A stretch of DNA of 64,000 bases from Oribacterium sp. (GTDB taxonomy: Bacteria > Actinomycetota > Coriobacteriia > Coriobacteriales > Coriobacteriaceae): positions 4,950 through 68,949 of the forward strand of contig CAVGWH010000012.1 in assembly GCA_963633065.1 (NCBI GenBank), read 5' to 3'. The notes below the pieces were generated by a model, which saw only the letters and a program-made list of their open reading frames with translations, did no database searches and was not told the DNA's origin. The position numbers were made by a program, and so were the translations under genes. This document shows, piece by piece, positions 1 to 10,024 of this stretch; positions within the stretch are counted from its first letter, which is position 1; every line of letters begins with the position of its first letter.

Positions 1-1
1 G

Positions 2-436
2 CTGGCTCTCGCGATAGGGGGCATAGCGTGGTGTCTCTTTGACAGCGTGCTTGCTTTTTTGCATAACGTTTTGCCGCTCTATGCCCTCAGCCGCTACGGT
101 TCGCTTTCCGTTAACGCGGTGGGAATGACGCTCGGCGGCATCCTGTTGCTGCCTGTGGCGCAGCCGTGGAGCGGCTTTCCCGTGCTCGATGCATGTGGAT
201 GGGGAGCTGTCGCGGGTACGACCATATGCGGTGCGATTTTAGGCTACCTGCTTGCCATGCAGGGTCTTAAAGAGGCCGGTCCTATGCTCGGTAGCCTGCT
301 TTTGGTGTTCGTTCCCATCGTGGCCACGCTTGCGAGCGCTCTCATCCTTGGGAATGCGCTCACCGCTTTCGATCTTATCGGGCTTGTGTGCATCATCGGC
401 ATGATGATCGTGATGTCGCTTGCGAAAAAGAGCTAG
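2..436 (+). CDS. DMT/EamA family transporter, 3' part (truncated by window start)
   Basis: Frame open from base 2; several hydrophobic helices with an EamA-like C-terminal pattern (...VPIVATLASALILGNALT..DLIGLVCIIG). Confidence 0.75.
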   Translation: MALAIGGIAWCLFDSVLAFLHNVLPLYALSRYGSLSVNAVGMTLGGILLLPVAQPWSGFPVLDACGWGAVAGTTICGAILGYLLAMQGLKEAGPMLGSLLLVFVPIVATLASALILGNALTAFDLIGLVCIIGMMIVMSLAKKS

Positions 437-450
437 CGAAGCAAGTTTGC

Positions 451-855
451 TTAATGAGCGCCTTCGAGGAAACGGCGACGGCTGAAGTAGTTGTACCAGG
501 TCACCAAAAACGTCGCGATACCCTTCATCATCTGATAGCCGATGTTGAGAAACGCCACACCCACGAACATATAAAGGTCATTCAAGCCCAGGCCGATAAT
601 CGACAGGATGGTGAAGATCGTGAACTCGCGCTTGCGGCTCATGCCCTCGCGATGATCGAACACGTACTTAAGGCTGAGCCAATAATTGACCACAACCGAT
701 GTGATAAACGAGATGGTGGTACTCAACAAGAAGTCGACGTGCAGCCATTCGACAAGCGCGATGAGCATGCCCCAGTCAATACCGAAAGAGATAAGGCCCA
801 CCACAGCGAACTTCATGAACTGCTTGGTAGCGGGATTTGAAATGGCCTTGCGCAT
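451..855 (-). CDS. GtrA family protein (putative lipid-linked sugar flippase)
   Basis: QFMKFAVVG start, NY.LS.KYVF motif, WYNYFSRRRF end, 4 TM; AAGGAGG RBS. Confidence 0.9.
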   Translation of the reverse strand: MRKAISNPATKQFMKFAVVGLISFGIDWGMLIALVEWLHVDFLLSTTISFITSVVVNYWLSLKYVFDHREGMSRKREFTIFTILSIIGLGLNDLYMFVGVAFLNIGYQMMKGIATFLVTWYNYFSRRRFLEGAH

Positions 856-1019
856 GTGGACCTCCTTTTCGTAACGTTTGCCGACGATATGTACCGCCCA
901 GCGGATTTGACCTAACAGACTGTAAAGCTTCTGCTAACGCGATGTAAGTGTCGATTGCAGATTCATATAGAGACTGCAAATCAATTCCATGTCTTGTCCA
1001 CGGGCCAGGCTTGCAGGCT

Positions 1020-1415
1020 CTAGCGCGACGCCTCGCCTTCCAAAAAGATCTTACGCGTCACGAAGTTGTAGACCATCACGAGCGCCGTTGCACAGACCTT
1101 GGCGATATTCGCCTCGAGGCCCAAGCCGCTTTTGAGTGCCAGTACGATGCCGTCGTTCAGTGCAAGGCCGATCACCGAGAGCACGACGAAGATCGCGAAC
1201 TCGCGCTGACGGCTCATGCCCTCTTTATGTGCGAACACATATTTCATACTCGCCAGGTAGTTGAAGATGAGCGAGATGATGAAGCCCGCGGTGTTGGCGA
1301 CGAGGATATCAAGCCCCAGTCCGTAGTAAAGAATGTTCATTACGCCGAAATCGATCACGGTGGCGATAACGCCCACAACGCCGAATTTCATGATCTGCGC
1401 TATCAACTTGCCCAT
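1020..1415 (-). CDS. GtrA family protein (second paralog)
   Basis: QIMKFGVVG, NYLASMKYVF, VYNFVTRKIF; start moved to ATG 1415 after GGATGG. Confidence 0.9.
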   Translation of the reverse strand: MGKLIAQIMKFGVVGVIATVIDFGVMNILYYGLGLDILVANTAGFIISLIFNYLASMKYVFAHKEGMSRQREFAIFVVLSVIGLALNDGIVLALKSGLGLEANIAKVCATALVMVYNFVTRKIFLEGEASR

Positions 1416-1514
1416 ACTTACCATCCGTAACAAAGAGGCCCGCACCCAAGTGATGCAGGCCGATATGATCTTTAGCCGTATCAGTCTACGTTGAGCGGTG
1501 GCTCGGGTTTCCCG

Positions 1515-3422
1515 TTAAAGTCGCTTTTCCTCAAGCACACCACAGCGGTAGGCGTCGAGTAGCTGCCTGAGATCGCAAATCTGGTCGCGGATGACGGCGC
1601 CGGTGTCGGTGTCGCTTACCATGCGGCGGCGCTCGGCCACATCGAAACGGAACGTCTCGCTTTGAATGTCGGCGTTGCTTTCCAGCGCCGCGGCCACGCT
1701 CTTAAAGGCCTCGTGAGCCTTGAGACGGCATCCGCGCGAGCTCGAGATGAGCGTATACCCCGCGATGCCCGTCTGGGGATGGTAGGCGCTGCAGAATCCG
1801 CCGTCGATGACGAGGAGCTTGCCGCCGGCGCGGATGGGCTGCTCGCCCTCGGTGGTCTTTACGGGCGTATGCCCGTTGATGATGCGTCCGCGCTCGGGCG
1901 ATACACCGAACTCGCGCAGCACGATATCGCACGCCTCGGGCTCGCGCGTGAGGGTGAAGTAGGCATCCATGGGCTCTTGCCAGGTTGTTTTATCTGCAAT
2001 ATAGCTGCGCTCGAAGGTCTTGACCTCGCGTCCGCTGGTGGGCGATTTGTGTCCGATCCACAGATACCAGAGCCAATCGAGGGCGTCGGAGGTGCGATCG
2101 CGCCACGCGGTGCGCGCGATCTCGTCGCAAAAATCGAGGTAGTCGCGACCCGCACGCCAGGTTCCCATGCAGTTCACCGAGGCGAAGGTGCCGTCCATGT
2201 TCATGGGCACGCATCCGTGGAAGAGCAACTTGTTGTTGCGTACCAGGTACATGCTGCCGTGCGAGAACAGGAAATCGATATGGCGACGCAGGTGATCGGC
2301 CGAGGTGAACTCCGCCACCAGTTTGTCCATGATACGCTGCTCGTCTTCGCTCAGCTCGTAAGGGCGCTCGGCGTCAACGGTGGGGAAGTCACGCGTGCGG
2401 AGCGTCGCCACGGTTCCGTAAGGCAGGGGGACGGTTCCCGTTGCAAGGTCGATCTTGTCAAGCAACAGGCGGTCGTGCATGTCGAACTCGGGGTGGCGCA
2501 TGATGATCTGCCCCTCGAGTTTGAAGAGCAGCACGTTGATCGCCTTGGCGAGGGGTTCCATGTCATCTTCGGTCGTGTAGGTACGCTCGGCAAAGGCTAC
2601 AAGTTCGCGCAGCGAGATGCCGTAGTCGTTCTCGAGGATCTCATAGTTGCCGTAGCGCAGGTTGTTGCGCAGCACCGTGGCGATGCAGGCGGGCTGGCCC
2701 GCGGCCGCGCCCATCCATGCGATATCGTGGTTGCCCCATTGCACGTCGAGCGAGTGATATTCCATTAGACGGTCCATGATCTTGGCCGCGCCGCCGCCGC
2801 GGTCGAAGATGTCGCCAACCAAATGCAGATGATCCACGGCAAGGCGCTTGATGAGCGCGGCGAGCGAGCAGATGAAGGCTTCGGTGGAATCGGTCTCCAA
2901 AATCGAATCGATAATGCGCTCGTGGTAGCTCACGCGGTAATTGTTCTCATCTGGATGCGTGTGCAAAAGCTCGTCGATGATGTAGGCGTAATCCTGCGGG
3001 ATGGCCTTGCGCACTTTGGACCGCGTATAGCGGCTCGAAAGCGAGCGGGCCACGGTGATGAGACGCCCCAGCATGGTGCGATACCAGGTAGGGGAGTCTA
3101 TCTTGCGCTCGTGCGCGAGGGCGATTTTCTCGTGCGGATAGTAGATGAGGGTGCACAGTTCGCGTTTGTCCTGCTCGTCGAGCTCATCGCAAAAGATCTC
3201 ATCGACATGTTCGCGGACCACGCCCGAGCAGTTGTTGAGGATGTGCATGAACGCCTCGTACTCGCCGTGCAGATCGCTCATGAAATGTTCGGTGCCTTTA
3301 GGCAAGTTGAGGATGGCTGACAGGTTGATTATCTCGGTGAAAACGGCTTGTTGGTTGGGGAACTGGCGTGCCAGAAGCGTGAGGTACTTAAGGGACTGTG
3401 CGCTGCGGTCGGTTGCTACCAT
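1515..3422 (-). CDS. fbp: Fructose-1,6-bisphosphatase class III
   Basis: NLPKGTEHFMSDLHGEY, GDIFDRG, WGNHD, INGHTPVK, IDGGF motifs; ATG 3422 with AAGGAG RBS. Confidence 0.93.
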   Translation of the reverse strand: MVATDRSAQSLKYLTLLARQFPNQQAVFTEIINLSAILNLPKGTEHFMSDLHGEYEAFMHILNNCSGVVREHVDEIFCDELDEQDKRELCTLIYYPHEKIALAHERKIDSPTWYRTMLGRLITVARSLSSRYTRSKVRKAIPQDYAYIIDELLHTHPDENNYRVSYHERIIDSILETDSTEAFICSLAALIKRLAVDHLHLVGDIFDRGGGAAKIMDRLMEYHSLDVQWGNHDIAWMGAAAGQPACIATVLRNNLRYGNYEILENDYGISLRELVAFAERTYTTEDDMEPLAKAINVLLFKLEGQIIMRHPEFDMHDRLLLDKIDLATGTVPLPYGTVATLRTRDFPTVDAERPYELSEDEQRIMDKLVAEFTSADHLRRHIDFLFSHGSMYLVRNNKLLFHGCVPMNMDGTFASVNCMGTWRAGRDYLDFCDEIARTAWRDRTSDALDWLWYLWIGHKSPTSGREVKTFERSYIADKTTWQEPMDAYFTLTREPEACDIVLREFGVSPERGRIINGHTPVKTTEGEQPIRAGGKLLVIDGGFCSAYHPQTGIAGYTLISSSRGCRLKAHEAFKSVAAALESNADIQSETFRFDVAERRRMVSDTDTGAVIRDQICDLRQLLDAYRCGVLEEKRL

Positions 3423-3686
3423 GCGGTGGAGCTCCTTTTCGTTGGGACATGCGCGAACGCGCACGGGCTCAAGTATCCCGCTGCGGCGCCCTCGAAGGCG
3501 GATGATAAAAGTTTTTAGCAAAAGTGCTGGCGGTAAAGCGTTTTGCTATGGCGGACGTGTGACGACATTTTGAAGAAGTGCCTTGCAACGTTCGAAGGTG
3601 ACCTTGTTGATTCGGCTATCGACTCGGTTATGTTGCCCGTAAGAGTGGGATAATGGACGTATGTTCGTTTAACGGGGGGTCAGCAT

Positions 3687-4574
3687 ATGGCAGGTTTCAT
3701 TCTTTCTTGTGAGTCGACGGCGGATCGCTCTCTTGACTTTTTCAAAAGCCGCAACATTTTGTTTGCCTGCTTTCATTACGAAATCGATGGCGAGATACAT
3801 ACCGACGACCTCTATCAGAGCATCAGCGCCGATGAGTTTTTCTCCAACATTGCGGCGGGTGCCTGTCCTAAGACATCGCAGATAAGCGCCGGCGAGTATG
3901 AGGAGCTATGGGAGCCGTTGCTCATCGGTGGCAAGGATGTCCTGCACCTCACGCTCTCATCGGGTATTTCGGGCACGTATAACTCTGCGTGCGTGGCAGC
4001 CGAAAGCCTCATGGCCAAATATCCCGAGCGTACCGTGCGCGTGATCGATTCGTTGGCGGCATCATCGGGCTATGGCCTTTTGGTCGAGTACGTAGCCGAC
4101 AAACGCGACGAAGGCCTTTCGCTCGACGAATGCGTCCGATGGACCGAAGAGCACAAGCTCAATATGCATCATTGGTTCTTCTCGACCGACCTTACGAGTT
4201 ATAAACGTGGTGGCCGCATTTCGGCGACGAGCGCGATTTTGGGCACGGCGCTGAGGATCTGCCCACTTATGAACGTCGACTTTGAGGGTCGTCTCATCCC
4301 GCGCGAGAAAATCCGCACCAAGCGCCGCGCGATCGAAGAGACGGTCAAGACGATGATGGAACACGTGCAGGACGGAGCCGAGTACACCGGTAAATGCTGC
4401 ATTTCGCAGTCGGCATGCCGCGAAGACGCCGAGGTGCTCGCCGATGCCATCGTCGAGCAGATTCCCCAGCTCAAAGGCAAGATCGGTATCAACGATATCG
4501 GCGCCGTCATCGGCTCGCATACGGGGCCGGGCACCGTGGCGCTTTTCTTTATGGGAGATAAACGCGTCGACTAG
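3687..4574 (+). CDS. DegV family fatty-acid-binding protein
   Basis: PKTSQ, LSSGISGTYNSA, GGRIS, IGSHTGPG motifs. Confidence 0.93.
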   Translation: MAGFILSCESTADRSLDFFKSRNILFACFHYEIDGEIHTDDLYQSISADEFFSNIAAGACPKTSQISAGEYEELWEPLLIGGKDVLHLTLSSGISGTYNSACVAAESLMAKYPERTVRVIDSLAASSGYGLLVEYVADKRDEGLSLDECVRWTEEHKLNMHHWFFSTDLTSYKRGGRISATSAILGTALRICPLMNVDFEGRLIPREKIRTKRRAIEETVKTMMEHVQDGAEYTGKCCISQSACREDAEVLADAIVEQIPQLKGKIGINDIGAVIGSHTGPGTVALFFMGDKRVD

Positions 4575-4640
4575 ACGAGGTTTCGCGCCGAGCGGACGGC
4601 CTGCTTGGGCCGGGCGCATTCGCAACCAACGGCAAAGACG

Positions 4641-4691
4641 GACCCCGTGGACGGTGCAGCGGATTGGCCGCGCCGTCCACGGGGTCTTTTT
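4641..4691 (+). terminator. Intrinsic terminator after degV
   Basis: GACCCCGTGGACGG...CCGTCCACGGGGTC followed by TTTTT. Confidence 0.75.
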
Positions 4692-4737
4692 CTGAGACAG
4701 TGAGGCAGCTGCTTTTCGTGCTTCTGTTTGCGCGTGC

Positions 4738-5787
4738 CTAGTGTCGGCGATTGTGGAAGAAGCTGCGACGCGTCTCGCGGCGTGCCTGTGCGCGCTCGCG
4801 GATATCGGCCATACGCTCGAGCACCTCATCGGGGATGGCTACATCGGGACGCATGTTGTCGAGCTGGTTTTCCTCGCTGGCGCTTGCCTGGTTGATGATG
4901 GGTACGTTTTCAGCATCGATGCTGGGTGCGGATTCCTCAGCGAGCTTGCGATAACGCTTCATCATGTCGGCCTGAAGCTGCTGTGCTGAAGGCGGTGTCC
5001 AGATGATGGCGTTGGCGCCGGCGGCGATGGTCGCTCGGATGCTTTCGGGCGTTTTGCCGCCCGGTGCGATAAGCGGCAGGTTGGGGTAGTGCGCGCGCAG
5101 CTCGCGGAGCACCTGTGGGGTATCTTTGCCCGCGGCGATGTTCAGTATCTTAGCCCCCGCGCGCACCTTGGCATGCGCATCATCGTCGCAACGTACCACC
5201 GTGGCGATCACGGGAATATCGGTGATGTTGCAGATCTGCTCTACCATTTGCGCCGTAGCCGGGGAATTCACCACGCATCCTGCGGCACCTTGCATCTCCG
5301 ATACGGCGGCTAATTGCACGGAGCGCTTGCCTGTGGTGGTGCCGCCGCCCACGCCCACGAAGACGGGGCATTCGGCTGCGGTGAGCAGCGCCTGGGTGAT
5401 GGCGGGCTGGGCGGTAAACGGATAGACCGAGAATACGGCATCGGCGTTGGCGTTGCGGATCACCGCGACGTCGGTGGTATAGAGCAGCGACTTTATCTGG
5501 CGGCCGAACAGGGTAAAGCCGCTGGCTTCCTCGATCTCGTCGGGCACGCGGAGCGCGGCCTTGCGCAGGCGTCCCTCGATGGGCGAGGGTGCCATGGGGA
5601 GCACGCCTGCGGGCGTCACGGCGCAGGTGGTATCGATCAGTTCGTCGGCAAGTTCCACTTCCGAGAAATCCACCGAGGGGGCTATCTCTTCGTGTACCTC
5701 GGCGGGATGGGTGGCGCCCGTCTCGGTGGGGCAATCCGCTGCATTCGTATCTTCGGGCTGGTTATCGCTGGTATAAGGGGAGTTCAT
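4738..5787 (-). CDS. Conserved uncharacterised TIM-barrel/aldolase-like protein (commonly labelled 'hydrolase') with low-complexity terminal extensions
   Basis: IKSLLYTTDVAVIRN.NADAVFSVYPFT.QP, GVGGGTTTG core; AAAGGAG RBS. Confidence 0.65.
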   Translation of the reverse strand: MNSPYTSDNQPEDTNAADCPTETGATHPAEVHEEIAPSVDFSEVELADELIDTTCAVTPAGVLPMAPSPIEGRLRKAALRVPDEIEEASGFTLFGRQIKSLLYTTDVAVIRNANADAVFSVYPFTAQPAITQALLTAAECPVFVGVGGGTTTGKRSVQLAAVSEMQGAAGCVVNSPATAQMVEQICNITDIPVIATVVRCDDDAHAKVRAGAKILNIAAGKDTPQVLRELRAHYPNLPLIAPGGKTPESIRATIAAGANAIIWTPPSAQQLQADMMKRYRKLAEESAPSIDAENVPIINQASASEENQLDNMRPDVAIPDEVLERMADIRERAQARRETRRSFFHNRRH

Positions 5788-5805
5788 AGGAGTCTCCTTT
5801 CGGCC

Positions 5806-5838
5806 AAATAAAAGGACGGCCGCACTACGGCCGTCCTT
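5806..5838 (-). terminator. Terminator-like hairpin directly upstream of the RBS of the 4738-5787 gene (possible attenuator)
   Basis: Minus strand AAGGACGGCCG-TAGTG-CGGCCGTCCTT followed by TTATTT. Confidence 0.6.
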
Positions 5839-5967
5839 GCGTGAAGACTTTGTACCCGTGCGGGTGGCATTCTTTCATCTTCATTAAGCGCCCACGCCTG
5901 CCCGCGTGCGGGGTGCTAAGCTTGTGCCCGATAATCACATGCGGCAACAAACGAAGGCGGCACTCTT

Positions 5968-6141
5968 TTGGACATCATGGAAATCCTTGCTCCGATCGGC
6001 ATGTGCCTTGCTGCTATCGTCGCCGCCGCTGCGGTTTATTTCGTTGTGACCTTTATAAAGGGCAAGATTGCCGAAGGTCGTGAGCGCCGCGCCGCGGCCC
6101 AAGCGCAACAAACACAGGAGCGCCGACGTCCGCGGCATTAA
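5968..6141 (+). CDS. Small single-pass membrane protein (54-57 aa), absent from the ORF track
   Basis: (LDI)MEILAPIGMCLAAIVAAAAVYFVVTFIKGKIAEGRERRAAAQAQQTQERRRPRH*; GAAGGCGG 7 nt before TTG 5968 (alternative ATG 5977). Confidence 0.65.
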   Translation: MDIMEILAPIGMCLAAIVAAAAVYFVVTFIKGKIAEGRERRAAAQAQQTQERRRPRH

Positions 6142-6152
6142 GCTCGTTTCGC

Positions 6153-7247
6153 CTAGCCCTTCTTTTTGATCAGGCAGATGTAGAATCCCTCGAAATCGCG
6201 CGTGGGCGCCAAGGTCAGGCTGCCTGGAAGTCCGTTGCGCAAGAGTGGAAGTTTTCCCGCACGCGCGGCCCGCACGAGGGGGTTGAGCAGGATGGGGTTG
6301 GCCTGTGCCTCGTCGCTTCCCGTCACAGCGATCATTTCGGGTGCGGTGGTGTCGAGCGCGACGATTTCGCAATCGGGGTGCTTGGCAAGCGTTTCGGTGA
6401 CGGCATCCTCGTTTTCCTGAGGCAGGATCGAGCAGGTGGAGTAGAGCACCGTTCCCCCTGGCTTGACGGCACCTAGGGCACGGTCGAGAAGCGCACGCTG
6501 CGAACGGGCGCACTTCTGCAACAGTTCGGGGGTAAAGCCTTTAAAGGTGCGCTCGTTGCCCGCGACAAGCGTGCCCGAGCCGGTGCAGGGCGCATCGAGC
6601 AGAATGCGATCGAAGGAAAAGAACTCATCGAGTTCTCGAGCGTCGCAGCGCATGACCTGCACATTGACGGCACCTTGCTTCAGTAGGTTGTGGTGGAGTT
6701 TCTCGGCGCGGGGGACGCTCATCTCGCAAGCGGTGATATGCGCCTTGGGTGTGAGAGCTGCGAGCTGGGTCGTCTTGCCGCCTGGGGCCGCGCACATGTC
6801 CAGAACGTCTTCTTTTGCCTGGGCCGCGAGGATGAGCGGCGGTGTCATGGACGAAAGGCTTTGCAGGTAAATATGCCCTTTCGCAATAAGATCGAGCTGC
6901 CAAAGCGCCTGTTCGTCCTTGTTGGAAATCATAAAAGCGTCTTCGTACCAACTGACGCCCTGCCAGGCGATTCCAGCTTCTTTGAGCGCCTCCACTACGC
7001 TTTCGCGGGTGGTGTTGATGGTATTGACGCGAAACGTGACGGGACGAGATTCCGCAGCGCAAATCCCGTCGACGATCTGTTCCGCCGCTTCCGCTCCATA
7101 GGTACCGACGATGGTGTCGATGAAGAAGTGCGGCATATCGCACGTGCGCTCGTCGGCTGCAAGCGCATCCGATGCCGGGCTGGCCTCGAAATCCCTCAAC
7201 TTAAGTTGCGGTTTGCTTTGCTTGCGTTGTTTGCGCCTGCGTGCCAT
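6153..7247 (-). CDS. RsmB/NOP (RsmF-like) RNA cytosine-C5 methyltransferase
   Basis: LDMCAAPGGKT, LLDAPCTG, YSTCS motifs; ATG 7247 after GAAAGAGG. Confidence 0.9.
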   Translation of the reverse strand: MARRRKQRKQSKPQLKLRDFEASPASDALAADERTCDMPHFFIDTIVGTYGAEAAEQIVDGICAAESRPVTFRVNTINTTRESVVEALKEAGIAWQGVSWYEDAFMISNKDEQALWQLDLIAKGHIYLQSLSSMTPPLILAAQAKEDVLDMCAAPGGKTTQLAALTPKAHITACEMSVPRAEKLHHNLLKQGAVNVQVMRCDARELDEFFSFDRILLDAPCTGSGTLVAGNERTFKGFTPELLQKCARSQRALLDRALGAVKPGGTVLYSTCSILPQENEDAVTETLAKHPDCEIVALDTTAPEMIAVTGSDEAQANPILLNPLVRAARAGKLPLLRNGLPGSLTLAPTRDFEGFYICLIKKKG

Positions 7248-7331
7248 GCGTTCCTCTTTCGGTTTCGGGTGAAGCGCCCGCCTGTTCGCGGGCATATGGA
7301 CAGCATGGTAGCGCATGCGCCCGAGGCCTCG

Positions 7332-8078
7332 CTACAGAAGCGCACCCGCCACGATAAGCGCTGCGGCTATGGCGAGGGCCGCGATGTCGATGCCGCAAAA
7401 CGGGTAGCGTTTGTAGCTGCTAGAGCGATCGCGAAGATAAAAGCCGCGTTGCTCGGCGGCCAGGGCGCAGGCGTCGGTCTTTCCCACGCTCGATATCAAG
7501 AGCGGCACGCACAGGGGGAGCATCAACGTGAGCTTCTTAAAGGGGTTCTTGGTGTCGTATTCGACCCCGCGCGCGGTTTGCGCTTCCATGATGGCGTTCA
7601 TCTCTTGGCTGAACACCGGCACAAAGCGCAACGCGGTGGTGAAGGTGAAGGCGTAGCGGTAGGGGATATGCAACTTCTCCACGCACGCGTTGGCCAGGTC
7701 GGTGAGCTTCGTTACCGTGAGCATCAAAATCAGCGGAAGCGCCACGCCCAGCAAGCGCAGGCAGGCTTTGGAACCGGTGATGAGACCGGTGTCGGTTGCG
7801 AAAAGGAACACGGTGGTTCCCTGGCGCACGAAGGCCACTTGCAGCACGAGCATGACGAGTGCAAGCGGTACCAGCAGTTTGCAGAGACCCAAGAGCCGTC
7901 CGAGCACGTGCGCATAGGCGCCCAAGGCGAGCGTCAGCAGCAGAAGGCCGATGAGCATGGGGTAGGTGGTCGCCAAAAACGTGGCGATGATGATACCGGC
8001 GGCTAGCCCGAGCTTGGCCACCGGATTCAGATGGTGAAGCAGGGTTGTGCCCGGTACATAGTCGATGACGTTAACCAC
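7332..8078 (-). CDS. ECF transporter T component (CbiQ/EcfT)
   Basis: LHHLNP, ALRFVP, AQTARG, AAEQRGF motifs. Confidence 0.93.
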   Translation of the reverse strand: MVNVIDYVPGTTLLHHLNPVAKLGLAAGIIIATFLATTYPMLIGLLLLTLALGAYAHVLGRLLGLCKLLVPLALVMLVLQVAFVRQGTTVFLFATDTGLITGSKACLRLLGVALPLILMLTVTKLTDLANACVEKLHIPYRYAFTFTTALRFVPVFSQEMNAIMEAQTARGVEYDTKNPFKKLTLMLPLCVPLLISSVGKTDACALAAEQRGFYLRDRSSSYKRYPFCGIDIAALAIAAALIVAGALL

Positions 8079-9897
8079 GATCGATCAGCTCCTCGGTGAC
8101 GCGTACGATATCGGAAACCTCGCTGATGCCCGCGAATGCGGGGGACACACGCTGGGCGAGTTTTTGCGAGAGGGCGATGACTTGCGGAGGCTCCACAAAC
8201 GCGCGCTCCATAAGGTCGCGGTTGGCGAAAAGCTCGGACGAGACGCCGCGGTCGAGGATGCGTCCGTTCGCCATGACGGCGATGCGTTCCGCGAAATCGC
8301 TCACGACCTCCATGTCGTGGCATACCATGATTACGGCACATCCCTTTTCAGCCGCAGCGCGAACCGTCTCCATCACGGTCATGCACTCGCGGTAATCGAG
8401 GCCGCTTGTGGGCTCGTCGAGCACGATGATGCGCGGTTCGACCGCGATGACGCTGGCGAGTGCCACGAGCTGGCGTTGGCCGCGCGAAAGGGAGAATGGG
8501 GCCTCGTCGGCTGGTAGACCGAAGCGTTCTATGACGGCGTCGGCGCGTTCGAGCGCCTCTTCGCGGGTGGCGCCTGCCAACTCGAGTCCGAACGCCACCT
8601 CATCGCGCACCGTTTCCTTGCAGATCTGCCGATCGGGGTTCTGGAACAGGGTTGATACTTGGCGTGCGATACGGCTGGTCGGCACCTCGCGCGTGTCAAG
8701 GCCGGCTACCGTAACCGATCCGGAAGCGGGCTTCAAAAGGCCGGTGAGCAACTTGGTGAGGGTGGTTTTACCTGCACCGTTTTGTCCCACGAGGGCGACG
8801 AGCTCGCCTGGGTACACCGTAAGGTTGAGATCGCGTACCGCCGCGCCGCCCGCAGGATAGGCGAAGTCCACGTGATCGAACACCAAAAGCGGTTCTGCGT
8901 CTTGCGCCTTGGGACGTGCGGGCGCATGCGGAGAGGGCGATGGTGCACGATGGCATGTTGGCACGCCCGTGATATCGCAAGCGCCTTCGCGACCCTTGCC
9001 ACGCGCCTCTCGCGCGGCGCCTGTTCCTTGAGCCGAGCCGCTGCGGTTTTTCACGAGGTCATCGATAAGGTCTGCGGTCTCATCCACATCGAGGCACGGC
9101 GCGCCGGCCTCGATGATGCCATCGGCTGCGAGGCTGTTTGAGATGCGTGCCACACGCGGGCTGTCTACGCCGATTCGGCGCAGCTCCTCGGCGTGCGCGA
9201 ATACCTCGTGCGGTGTTCCCTCGTAGGCGATGGAACCCTTATCCAGCACGGCGATGCGATCGCAATATGTTGAAAGCAACGCCACCTTCTGCTCGATCAC
9301 CACGATGGTGATGCCATGATCTCGGTTGATTTGCCGGAGCGTGTCGAACACCAACGTCGAACTCGCCGGATCGAGCGCCGCGGTCGGTTCGTCGAGCACG
9401 AGTACGTCGGGCGCGAGCGCCAAGATGGCGGCGATGGCAACCTTTTGTTTTTGGCCTCCCGAAAGCGTGGCGATCTCGCGTTCGCGCAGATCGGAGATGC
9501 CGACGGTTTCGAGTGTGGAGGCTATACGCTGCTCGATCTGGTCATGTGGCACGCCGAAGTTCTCCAGGCCGAAGAGCATTTCGTCTTCAACCACAGAGGC
9601 GACCATCTGTGCGTCGATGTCCTGTAGCACGCTTCCGACTATCTGCGAGATGTCGGTGAGGGAGACCTCGCAGGTGTCCTGCCCTTTAACACGTATCGCT
9701 CCGAAGAGTTTGCCGGCGTAGTGGTGGGGCACGGCGCCCGAAAGGCAGGCCGCGAGCGTCGATTTTCCCGCGCCCGACGGTCCGATGATGCCTACGAAGG
9801 CACCTTGCGCCACATCGAGCGTTACATGCCTCAGCGCGTAAGAGTCGGAGCTCCCGTATGAGAACGAGACATCGTCGACTTCGATGATCGGTTTCAT
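8071..9897 (-). CDS. ECF transporter fused double ATPase (EcfA-A')
   Basis: Two Walker A motifs (GPSGAGKS, GQNGAGKT), LSGGQ/LSRGQ signatures, two LDEPT; ATG 9897 after GAAAGG. Confidence 0.93.
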   Translation of the reverse strand: MKPIIEVDDVSFSYGSSDSYALRHVTLDVAQGAFVGIIGPSGAGKSTLAACLSGAVPHHYAGKLFGAIRVKGQDTCEVSLTDISQIVGSVLQDIDAQMVASVVEDEMLFGLENFGVPHDQIEQRIASTLETVGISDLREREIATLSGGQKQKVAIAAILALAPDVLVLDEPTAALDPASSTLVFDTLRQINRDHGITIVVIEQKVALLSTYCDRIAVLDKGSIAYEGTPHEVFAHAEELRRIGVDSPRVARISNSLAADGIIEAGAPCLDVDETADLIDDLVKNRSGSAQGTGAAREARGKGREGACDITGVPTCHRAPSPSPHAPARPKAQDAEPLLVFDHVDFAYPAGGAAVRDLNLTVYPGELVALVGQNGAGKTTLTKLLTGLLKPASGSVTVAGLDTREVPTSRIARQVSTLFQNPDRQICKETVRDEVAFGLELAGATREEALERADAVIERFGLPADEAPFSLSRGQRQLVALASVIAVEPRIIVLDEPTSGLDYRECMTVMETVRAAAEKGCAVIMVCHDMEVVSDFAERIAVMANGRILDRGVSSELFANRDLMERAFVEPPQVIALSQKLAQRVSPAFAGISEVSDIVRVTEELIDRG

Positions 9898-10024
9898 AGT
9901 GACCTTTCGGGATGGGTGGTTGAAGGGGCGCAGCGCCGGTATGGCTCGCATGCAAGCGCAAAGGCCGGATGCGCGCGCATCAATCGATCGCGTGCATCCG
10001 GCTGCATCTTTCCGCGGACGGCTA

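Noticed and set aside
3654..3667. SOS box upstream of degV (TGGACGTATGTTCG)
   Set aside because: Two mismatches in the left half-site; too weak to support
9964..10002. Enterobacterial-type REP element (GCCGGATGC...GCATCCGGC)
   Set aside because: Single copy in the window and unrelated lineage; treated as an intercistronic hairpin
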